DNA of 64,000 nucleotides from an uncultured Armatimonadetes bacterium (GTDB taxonomy: Bacteria; Armatimonadota; Hebobacteria; Hebobacterales; Hebobacteraceae), in contig OY970296.1 of the NCBI GenBank assembly GCA_963716175.1, positions 3,200,001 to 3,264,000 of the forward strand. Direction: 5' to 3'. Shown here piece by piece: positions 56,502 to 64,000 of the stretch (position 1 is the stretch's first letter; the number at the start of each line of letters is the position of its first letter). The position numbers were made by a program, and so were the translations under genes. The notes beneath the pieces were generated by a model. It searched no databases. It was not told the DNA's origin and saw only the letters and a list, made by a program, of their open reading frames with translations.

Positions 56502-58187
56502 TCACACCTCATCCCGCTGGCAGACCCGGACCAACTCCTCGATAGTGGTGCGCCCTTCTATCACTTTCTGCCGGCCATCCGCGAGCAGAGTCCGCATGCC
56601 CTTGTCCACCGCCCCCTGCTTGATCACGCCGGAGGAGGCCTTGTCCACCACCTGACGGCGCACTTCCTCATCCACCGGCAGCAGCTCGAACACCCCGGTC
56701 CGTCCCAGATACCCACCCCGGCAGAGGTCGCATTCCCCACTCTGGTAGAGCGCGACCGAGCCCGGCTGCGCCAGCGCTAGCTGCATCTCCCGCAGATCCT
56801 CCCCTGTGGGAGTGAACGGTATCTTGCAGTGGGGGCAGAGCGTTCGCACCAGCCGCTGCGCCAGCACCCCGATCAGGGAAGAGGCCACCAGGTAGGGCTC
56901 GATGCCCATGTCCAGCAGTCGGGTCACCGCGCCGGCGGAGTCGTTGGTGTGCACCGTGCTGAACACCAGGTGCCCGGTGAGGGCGGCGTGAATGGCGATG
57001 TCTGCGGTCTCCCGATCTCTGATCTCGCCCACCATGATGATGTCCGGGTCCTGGCGCACGATGTGCCGCAGCCCGGTGGCGAAGGTGAGCCCGATCTCGG
57101 GCCGCACATTGATCTGATTCGCCCCCGCCAGCTGGTACTCTACCGGGTCCTCGATGGTGATCACCTTCTTCTCCGGGGAATAGACCACATGTAGCGCGGC
57201 GTGCAGGGTGGTGCTCTTGCCCGACCCCGTGGGCCCGGTCGCCAGGATGATGCCGTGGGGCCGGACGATCAGGTGGCGGAATTCGGCGAAGGTGTCCTCT
57301 CTCATACCCAGGTCGGTGAGCGCAAAGGCCCCGGCCGACTGGTCCAGCAGCCGGATCACCACACTCTCCCCATGCAGGGTGGGGATGGTGGACACTCGCA
57401 AGTCTATGTTGCGCCCACCGATCTTGATGCGAACCCGGCCATCCTGGGGGAGGCGCCGCTCCGCGATATCCATCTCTGCCAGGATCTTGATGCGGGAGAT
57501 GATCGCCGGGTGGAGGTGGCGAGGAGGGGAGGAGGCATCGTGCAGCACGCCGTCCACTCGATAGCGAACCCGCAGTTCCCTCTCGTGCGGTTCCACATGA
57601 ATGTCGGAGGCCCGCTCTTGGATCGCCTGGTGGATGATCAGGTTCACCAGCTTGATGACCAGCGCCTCTCGGGCCATCTTCTGCAGATCGGCGATCTCGA
57701 GGTCTTCCTCCGCTACCGCCTCGGTCTGCATGTCATCAATGTCGCGGAACATCTTCTCCATGTAGCACTGCTCGATCGCCTCCGAGATCTGGCGCGGGTT
57801 GGCCACCACTGCCCGTACGTCCCGGCTGGTGAGTAAGCGCAGGTCGTCCAGCACCGTGACGGCAAAGGGGTTGGCCATCGCCACCACCAGGGTGTGATCC
57901 TCCGCCCGCAGAGGAAGCACCTGGTGCCGCATGGCGAACTCGCTCGGCACCTGGGCGAGCAGCGCTGGGTCAATCTCCCGGTCCAGCTCCGCGACGTACT
58001 GCAGCCCCAGTCGCATGGCCACCGCGCGGTAGATGTCCGTCTCCCGTGCCAGGCCCAGGCGGGTGATGGTCTCGTCCAGCCGCTCCAAGCTGTTGGCCCG
58101 AGCCGCGGTGGCGGCTTCCAGCTGCTCCCGGGTGATCACCCCAGCGTCCACCAGGACTTCGGCCAGCGGGTCTTGCGGCGAGATCAT
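56502..58187 (-). CDS. gspE: T2SS ATPase E
   Basis: GPTGSGKST, TIEDPVE, RQDPD..GEIRD, CPHC. Confidence 0.95.
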   Translation of the reverse strand: MISPQDPLAEVLVDAGVITREQLEAATAARANSLERLDETITRLGLARETDIYRAVAMRLGLQYVAELDREIDPALLAQVPSEFAMRHQVLPLRAEDHTLVVAMANPFAVTVLDDLRLLTSRDVRAVVANPRQISEAIEQCYMEKMFRDIDDMQTEAVAEEDLEIADLQKMAREALVIKLVNLIIHQAIQERASDIHVEPHERELRVRYRVDGVLHDASSPPRHLHPAIISRIKILAEMDIAERRLPQDGRVRIKIGGRNIDLRVSTIPTLHGESVVIRLLDQSAGAFALTDLGMREDTFAEFRHLIVRPHGIILATGPTGSGKSTTLHAALHVVYSPEKKVITIEDPVEYQLAGANQINVRPEIGLTFATGLRHIVRQDPDIIMVGEIRDRETADIAIHAALTGHLVFSTVHTNDSAGAVTRLLDMGIEPYLVASSLIGVLAQRLVRTLCPHCKIPFTPTGEDLREMQLALAQPGSVALYQSGECDLCRGGYLGRTGVFELLPVDEEVRRQVVDKASSGVIKQGAVDKGMRTLLADGRQKVIEGRTTIEELVRVCQRDEV

Positions 58188-58369
58188 AAACTTGGCGCTC
58201 CTTGACAGGTCAAGGCTGGAGGGGTTAGCTCTTTGTCACCGTATTTAGACACCGGGCCGGGCGGCGAGTTCCCCGATTCGTGCCAGGCCCGACCGTACGC
58301 GCTCATTATACCCGAAACCATCGCGCCTGGCTAGGAACTGGCGAGGCCCTACTGAGAGGAGAGCGAGGC

Positions 58370-59872
58370 GTGGAGATCAGAATCTCGGCCGAATCTGTCG
58401 GGGAATATCAGGGCGACGCAGTGGTGGTGGCGGTGATGGAGGAGGCGCCCCTGGCAGGGCCTGCCGCCGAGGCCAACCAGCGGCTGGAGGGGTTGATCCA
58501 GCGCCTGCGGGAGGCGAAGGAGATCAGAGGCAAGGCCTCCGAGGTGACCGTGCTCCACACCTACGGCCGGCTGCCCAGCCCGCGCGTGGCAGTAGTGGGC
58601 CTGGGTCGGCCGGAGGAGGCGGACCTGTTCGCCCTCCGCCGCGCGGCGGGGGCCGCGGCGCGGGTGCTGCGGGATCGCGGCTGCCGGCGCGTGGGGATCA
58701 CTTTGCACCAGACCCCGCTGGCGACAGCGCGGCCGGAGCATGCCGCCCGCGCCGCCGTCGAAGGCGCCTACGTCGGGCTCTATCGGGGAGAGGAATGCAA
58801 GACCCAGCCGGAGCTTCCCAATGAACTGGATGAGCTGTGTCTGCTTGGCATCGCCGACCAGCACCGGGAGGCCGCCGCGCGCACGGCGCAGGCTGCCTCC
58901 ACGGCCGGCGAGGCCACCAACTACGCCCGTCGCCTGGTGAACCTGCCAGCCAACCAAGTCACCCCCTCGGCGCTGGCGGAGGAAGCTGCCAATCTCGGAA
59001 AGGAGACCGGGCTGCGGGTAGCGGTGCTGGAACCGAACGAGCTCAGGGAGCTGGGGATGGGAGCTCTCCTCGCGGTGGCCGAGGGCAGCGACCAGCCCGG
59101 CCGTCTGATCGTGCTCCGCCACCGGGGAAGCGAGAGCGGCCCTCGCGTGGCCTTCGTGGGCAAGGGTCTGACTTTTGACAGCGGCGGCATCTCCATCAAG
59201 CCTTCTGAGAATATGCACCTCATGAAAAGCGATATGGCCGGGGCCGCCGCGGTGCTCGCCGCCATGGGTGCCGCTGCCAGGCTCAAGCTGGAGGTGGACC
59301 TGCTGGGGGTGATCCCGGCGGCAGAGAATCTGCCCAGCGGCCGCGCCTACAAGCCGGGCGATGTGCTCAAGGCCTTCGGCGGCAAGACCATCGAGGTGAT
59401 CAGCACCGATGCCGAGGGGCGGCTGCTGTTGGCCGACGCACTGGGATACGCCCGGCACCTGGGGGCAACCCATCTCATTGATGTCGCCACCCTCACCGGG
59501 GCCTGCATCGTCGCCCTGGGTCACGTCGCCTCCGGGGTGATGGGGAATGACAACCGCCTGGCGGAGGCGGTGTTGGCCGCGGGAGAGCGGGCGGGAGAGC
59601 GGATGTGGCGCCTTCCCCTCTTCCCCGAGTACCGGCGCCAGCTCGACAGCAAGGTGGCGGACCTCAAGAACGTGGGCGGCCGGCCCACGGGGGCCATCAC
59701 TGGCGGCTGGTTCATCCGCGAGTTCGTCGGCGATACCGCCTGGGTGCACATTGACATCGCCGGCTCTTCCTGGAGCGAGCAGGATGAGCCGCATCAGGTC
59801 GAAGGCGCCACTGGCGCCGGGACGCGCACACTGATCGCGCTCGCAGAGCGCATGGCCGGAGGTGCCATATGA
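58370..59872 (+). CDS. pepA: Leucyl aminopeptidase (M17)
   Basis: VGKGLTFDSGG, MKSDMAG, STDAEGRL. Confidence 0.95.
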   Translation: MEIRISAESVGEYQGDAVVVAVMEEAPLAGPAAEANQRLEGLIQRLREAKEIRGKASEVTVLHTYGRLPSPRVAVVGLGRPEEADLFALRRAAGAAARVLRDRGCRRVGITLHQTPLATARPEHAARAAVEGAYVGLYRGEECKTQPELPNELDELCLLGIADQHREAAARTAQAASTAGEATNYARRLVNLPANQVTPSALAEEAANLGKETGLRVAVLEPNELRELGMGALLAVAEGSDQPGRLIVLRHRGSESGPRVAFVGKGLTFDSGGISIKPSENMHLMKSDMAGAAAVLAAMGAAARLKLEVDLLGVIPAAENLPSGRAYKPGDVLKAFGGKTIEVISTDAEGRLLLADALGYARHLGATHLIDVATLTGACIVALGHVASGVMGNDNRLAEAVLAAGERAGERMWRLPLFPEYRRQLDSKVADLKNVGGRPTGAITGGWFIREFVGDTAWVHIDIAGSSWSEQDEPHQVEGATGAGTRTLIALAERMAGGAI

Positions 59873-61008
59873 GACAGACTGGTCGCGCTGCAGCCGTACT
59901 CCTGGCCGGCCTGGTTGGGGTGCTGATCGGGGCCGGGCTGGTGTGGGAGTTGGTCGCGGGTAAGGCGGGTCCCCGGAGTGAGACGGTGCCGATCGCGGCC
60001 GGCGGAGGGCTGCGCCCTGTCAGCGCTACCTCGGAGAACGCCATCGTGTCCGCGGTGCAGCGGGTGGGCCCCGCGGTGGTGAACATCAGCACCCTCTACG
60101 CGCCGCCCAGGGAGAGCCAGACCGAACGGTTCCTGCGGCAGTTCATGGGCATTCCCAGTCAGCCCTTTCCTCGCGCCGGCGAGGGCAGTGGCATCATCAT
60201 TGACGGCGGGAACGGATATGTCCTGACCAATGCGCACGTGGTGAAGGGGGCGGCCCGGGTAAGGGTGATGCTTCAGGACAAGCGCACCTTCGACGCCCAC
60301 GTCGTCGGGTCGGACCCGCTCTCGGAGGTGGCGGTGGTGCAGATCAAGGGCGGCAGCCTGCCGGCCGCCGTCCTGGGGAGCGCGGCGAAGGTGCCCATCG
60401 GCTCCTGGGTCATCGCCATTGGCAATCCCTTTGGCTTCCAGAACAGCGTCACGGTCGGGGTGCTCAGCGCCAAGGCCCGGCAGATCGCGGACCCCAGTGG
60501 GGTGGAGCTTCAGGATCTGCTCCAGACCGATGCTTCCATCAACCCCGGCAACAGCGGGGGCGCGCTGGTGGACCTGAGCGGCGAGGTGATCGGCATCCCC
60601 ACCGCCATGATCCCCCAGGCCCAGGGCATGGGCTTCGCGGTCTCCATTGACACCGCCAAAGACGTGGCCCAGAAGCTGATCAAGACCGGGAAGATGCCCT
60701 GGCTGGGGGTGATGCACCACTACCTGCTGCCAGATGAGGCCAAGAAGCTGAAGGTGCCGGGCGGGCAGGGCACGCTCGTGGTGCGGGTGGTGCCCGGCGG
60801 CCCGGCCGCGCAGGCTGGGATGCAGGCCGGCGATGTCATCCTCCGCGCCGGCGGCCGCGCCATCAGCAGCGAGCGATCTCTGGGCGAGATCATCCGCGCC
60901 CACAACGCGGGAGACAAGCTCGAGGTTGAGGTCTGGCGCAAGGGGAGAGAGGTGAAGCTGCAGGTCACCCTGGGCGCCGTGCCGCAGGAGGTAAGTCCTG
61001 GCCGCTAG
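59869..61008 (+). CDS. htrA: HtrA/DegP-family serine protease with PDZ domain
   Basis: TNAHVV, QTDASINPGNSGG, PDZ. Confidence 0.92.
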   Translation: MRQTGRAAAVLLAGLVGVLIGAGLVWELVAGKAGPRSETVPIAAGGGLRPVSATSENAIVSAVQRVGPAVVNISTLYAPPRESQTERFLRQFMGIPSQPFPRAGEGSGIIIDGGNGYVLTNAHVVKGAARVRVMLQDKRTFDAHVVGSDPLSEVAVVQIKGGSLPAAVLGSAAKVPIGSWVIAIGNPFGFQNSVTVGVLSAKARQIADPSGVELQDLLQTDASINPGNSGGALVDLSGEVIGIPTAMIPQAQGMGFAVSIDTAKDVAQKLIKTGKMPWLGVMHHYLLPDEAKKLKVPGGQGTLVVRVVPGGPAAQAGMQAGDVILRAGGRAISSERSLGEIIRAHNAGDKLEVEVWRKGREVKLQVTLGAVPQEVSPGR

Positions 61009-61013
61009 CCTCC

Positions 61014-61064
61014 AGGGCGGGCATGTCGGAGTTCACCCTGAGCGGAGTCGAAGGGCATGCCCGC
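61014..61064 (+). repeat. REP stem with nested second REP-like motif in its loop
   Basis: GGCGGGCATG..TCACCCTGAGCGGAGTCGAAGGG..CATGCCCGCC. Confidence 0.55.
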
Positions 61065-61131
61065 CGGCCGTTGTCTGTTGTGCAGGGGCCCGCCCGAGGC
61101 GGGTGAACTTGCCTTCTGCCCGTCGGTGCCG

Positions 61132-61263
61132 CTATAAGCTGTTTCATAACTTTCCCAGGGGAGGTTATGAAACAGCACTGCACAACGTCAGGCCGTGGCA
61201 GGTGCATTTCATGCGAGGGCGTGGTGTGGCCAGCCAGCAGGTAGGTTATGAAATGCGCTCTAG
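61132..61263. mobile_element. 132-bp MITE-like element, copy 2
   Basis: Near-identical to 30348-30479; terminal CTAG overlaps nadB stop. Confidence 0.8.
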
Positions 61264-62834
61264 TCCCGCCGGTAGTGGCACCCCCGGCTGACCGGGTTTC
61301 GCCGCGCCGCCTGGGCGACGATCAGGGCGGCCGCGATGCCGTTGCGCAGCCCGATCAGAGAATCGGCCAGCCGCGTCTCCCGGTAGAACTGCTCGATGCG
61401 GTGGGCGAGGTAGCCCAGGTCGGCCTCGGCCCGGTCCAGCCGCTTGCTGGTGCGCACGATCCCGGCGTAGTTCCACATCGTACTCTTGATCATCATCCAG
61501 TCCTGGATGATGAGCAAGGGGTCAATCGCCTCCGTCAGGCCCTCATCGTGCCAAGAGGCGATCTGCCGGAGCTGCCCCCGGTCCCAATCTCCATGCTTGC
61601 GGGCCGCATCCTCCGCCGCCCGCCGGCCCCACAGCATCGCCTCCAGCAGCGAAGTCGAGGCCAGCCGGTTGGCGCCGTGCACCCCGGTGCAGCTCACCTC
61701 CCCGACCGCGTAGAGCCGGCGGATGCTGCTGCGGCCCCAGGTGTCAACCTTGACCCCGCCGCAGAAATAATGCGCCGCCGGGACCACTGGGATGGGCTGC
61801 TTGGTGATATCCAGGCCGTACTTGAGACAGGTCTGGTAGATCATCGGGAAGCGAGCGCGGGGATCCACTTTCAGCGGACTCAGGTCCAGCAGCGCGTACT
61901 CGTCGCCGTGCTTCAGCATCTCCTCGTGGATGGCGCGAGCCACCACATCCCGCGGGGCCAGCGACCCGTCCGGGTGGTAGTCGGGCATGAAATCCCGGCC
62001 CTCCCGGGTGCGCAGGATCGCCCCCTCTCCCCGCACCGATTCTGAGATCAGGAATCGGTCGGCATCGCGGTGGTAGAACGCGGTGGGGTGGAACTGAATG
62101 TACTCGGCGTTGATGATCGTTGCCCCCGCGCGATAGGCCATTGCCAGGCCGTCGCCGCGGGCGGTCCGGGGGTTAGTGGTATGCAGGTAGAGCTGGCCCA
62201 CGCCGCCGGTGGCGAGCACCACCGTGGGCGCGAAGAAGCGCCTCACCTTCCCCGCGGTCCGGTCCAGGAGATAAGCCCCCAGGCACTCGATATCCCCGTA
62301 CACGGTGAGCGGGTTGAGCGAATGGTGGGGGGTGGTGATCAGGTCAACTGCGCTGTGCCGCGGGAGAAGCCGGATCCGGCCTTCCGCCTGCGCCGCCTCC
62401 AGCAAGCGCTTGGCGATGGCGTGACCGGTGGCATCATCGGAGTGCACTATGCGCCGGCAGGAGTGGGCCGCCTCCTGGGTGTAATCCAGGTTGCCCTCGC
62501 CATCGCGGTCGAAGTGCACACCCAGCTCGCCGATCAGAAACCCGTCAACGATATCCGGCGCGCTTTCGGCCAGCAGCTGCACCGCCTCCGGGTTACAGAG
62601 CCCGTCCCCGGCCGCGGTGACATCGGAGATGAGCTGCTCCGCGCTGTCGCCCGGCGGGCGGGCCACAATCCCGCCCTGCGCGCGATCGCTGCTGGACTCA
62701 GCCAGGTCGTCGGCGTTGCTGACCACGATCACCGACAGCCCGGCCCGGGCCGCCTGCAGCGCGCAGGAGAGCCCGGCCGCGCCGGAGCCGATGACGAGGA
62801 GGTCTGCAGTTACGTCTGGGTTGCTGTCGTTCAT
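61260..62834 (-). CDS. nadB: L-aspartate oxidase
   Basis: GSGAAG, AQGGI, QFHPT, SESVRGEG, HGANRLASTSLLE, SRGCHYR. Confidence 0.95.
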   Translation of the reverse strand: MNDSNPDVTADLLVIGSGAAGLSCALQAARAGLSVIVVSNADDLAESSSDRAQGGIVARPPGDSAEQLISDVTAAGDGLCNPEAVQLLAESAPDIVDGFLIGELGVHFDRDGEGNLDYTQEAAHSCRRIVHSDDATGHAIAKRLLEAAQAEGRIRLLPRHSAVDLITTPHHSLNPLTVYGDIECLGAYLLDRTAGKVRRFFAPTVVLATGGVGQLYLHTTNPRTARGDGLAMAYRAGATIINAEYIQFHPTAFYHRDADRFLISESVRGEGAILRTREGRDFMPDYHPDGSLAPRDVVARAIHEEMLKHGDEYALLDLSPLKVDPRARFPMIYQTCLKYGLDITKQPIPVVPAAHYFCGGVKVDTWGRSSIRRLYAVGEVSCTGVHGANRLASTSLLEAMLWGRRAAEDAARKHGDWDRGQLRQIASWHDEGLTEAIDPLLIIQDWMMIKSTMWNYAGIVRTSKRLDRAEADLGYLAHRIEQFYRETRLADSLIGLRNGIAAALIVAQAARRNPVSRGCHYRRD

Positions 62835-62925
62835 AGAGGGCCAGGTTATTCTTCCTGCTCCCCTGTGGCTCTCCTGCCAATGGGTCTGCTTGTCTTCACT
62901 CATGCCCTGTGCTAAAATCGAGCAC

Positions 62926-63384
62926 ATGGAGACCAGACTGCGCCGCGCGCGGATGCAGGACGTGCCCGCGATGCAGCGCTTGATCAACTACTTCGCTGAG
63001 CGCAACGAGATGCTTCCTCGCTCCCTCAGCGAGATCTACGAGAACCTGCGCGACTACGTCGTCGCCGAGGCGGACGAGACCCCGGCCGGCTGCTGCGCTC
63101 TTCACGTCACCTGGAGCGATCTCGCCGAGATTAAGAGCCTGGCGGTGCGAGAAGACCGTCGTGGCCTGGGGCTCGGCGCCAAGCTGGTGAACGCCTGCCT
63201 GGAGGAGGGGAAAGCGCTTGGGGTCCCGCGGGTGTTCGTGCTCACCTACATCCCCCGGTACTTCGCCCGGTTCGGCTTCCGCCAGGTGGAGAAGGCGGAG
63301 CTGCCGCAGAAGGTGTGGAGCGAGTGCATCCGCTGCCCCAAGTTCCCGGATTGCGGGGAAGTGGGGATGATTCTCGATCTGTAG
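62926..63384 (+). CDS. GNAT N-acetyltransferase (short ArgA-like)
   Basis: MLPRSLSEIYENLRDY, LAEIKSLAV, LPQKVWSECIRCPKFP. Confidence 0.85.
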   Translation: METRLRRARMQDVPAMQRLINYFAERNEMLPRSLSEIYENLRDYVVAEADETPAGCCALHVTWSDLAEIKSLAVREDRRGLGLGAKLVNACLEEGKALGVPRVFVLTYIPRYFARFGFRQVEKAELPQKVWSECIRCPKFPDCGEVGMILDL

Positions 63385-63441
63385 GGCGGGGATTCCTATC
63401 CCCGCCTAGCGGGCTGGCAACCTAGCCGCATACCCGCCCTA
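63381..63441. repeat. Inverted REP doublet (REPIN-like)
   Basis: GTAGGGCGGGGATTCCTATCCCCGCC and opposed GTAGGGCGGGTATG.. Confidence 0.65.
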
Positions 63442-63462
63442 CAGCAAGACAAGGGGGAGAGC

Positions 63463-63912
63463 GTGGCCAAACACGTGATGGTGATCCACGGCTGCAACCT
63501 CGACCTTCTGGGTACGCGCGAGCCGGAGATCTACGGGCGGGCAACCCTGGCCGAGATTAACCGCCAGGTCGAGGCTCTGGCCCGCGAGCTGGGCCTGGAG
63601 GTCCGCATCATCCAATCCAACCACGAGGGCGAGATCATTGATGCCATCCACGAGGCCGCCGGATGGGCCCAGGGGATCATCATCAACCCCGCCGGTTTCA
63701 CCACCACCAGTGTCGGGATCCATGACGCCCTGAAAGGGGTGGGCCTGCCTGCGGTCGAGGTCCATCTCTCCAACATCCACGCCCGCGAGGAGTTCCGCCG
63801 CCACTCGCTGATCGCGGCCGCCGCTATCGGCCAGATCTCCGGTTTCGGCGGGGTGAGCTATCTGCTGGCCTTGCGGGCGTTGGCGGCGCGCTTCGCCGCA
63901 GCCCAGGGATGA
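63463..63912 (+). CDS. aroQ: Type II 3-dehydroquinate dehydratase
   Basis: NLDLLGTREPEIYG, QSNHEG, INPAG, EVHLSNIHAREEFR. Confidence 0.95.
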   Translation: MAKHVMVIHGCNLDLLGTREPEIYGRATLAEINRQVEALARELGLEVRIIQSNHEGEIIDAIHEAAGWAQGIIINPAGFTTTSVGIHDALKGVGLPAVEVHLSNIHAREEFRRHSLIAAAAIGQISGFGGVSYLLALRALAARFAAAQG

Positions 63913-64000
63913 GCGAGGCCCACCAGGCGCGGCTCGGCCGAGTGCGCGCGGGCATGGCCCAGGCCGGAGTCCAAGGCCTGGCGGTTTCCGCTCTCAGCAA
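63909..64000 (+). CDS. Partial CDS, likely Xaa-Pro peptidase N-terminus
   Basis: ATGA overlap with aroQ; MSEAHQARLGRVRAGM; commonly follows aroQ. Confidence 0.5.
   Translation, partial: MSEAHQARLGRVRAGMAQAGVQGLAVSALS

Overview
High-GC bacterial chromosomal window. The host is probably an Armatimonadota-like diderm; this is an inference from SLH-domain surface proteins, DUF6785-type membrane paralogs and a secretin-containing T2SS. Most of the window is housekeeping or catabolic: thiol-redox pair, amidohydrolase, ABC exporter plus DUF1854, GH20/heparinase/DUF2961, tRNA-Asn, MttB-family methyltransferase, radical SAM operon, gsp cluster, pepA, htrA, nadB and aroQ. The main discovery is an 8.5-kb integrated element (16908-25410) with all genes on the minus strand: XRE regulator, small ORFs, ParB-DNA methyltransferase, HTH replication initiator with internal palindromic iterons, TerS-like Zn protein, an HK97 major capsid protein with an N-terminal zinc ribbon, a structured leader RNA and a large serine recombinase. 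It has no portal, large terminase, protease or tail genes, so it looks like a capsid-only phage satellite. Its att sites can be reconstructed by eye (TT core, near-palindromic attP). attP lies inside the integrase gene, so excision would swap the integrase C-terminus from -TA to a 34-aa tail ending -RWAA followed by a terminator, while integration regenerates the host epimerase C-terminus. Also present: an unannotated 52-aa CETEKKET-repeat peptide, two copies of a 132-bp MITE, GTAG-type REPs, and five single-base frameshifts that are probably sequencing indels.
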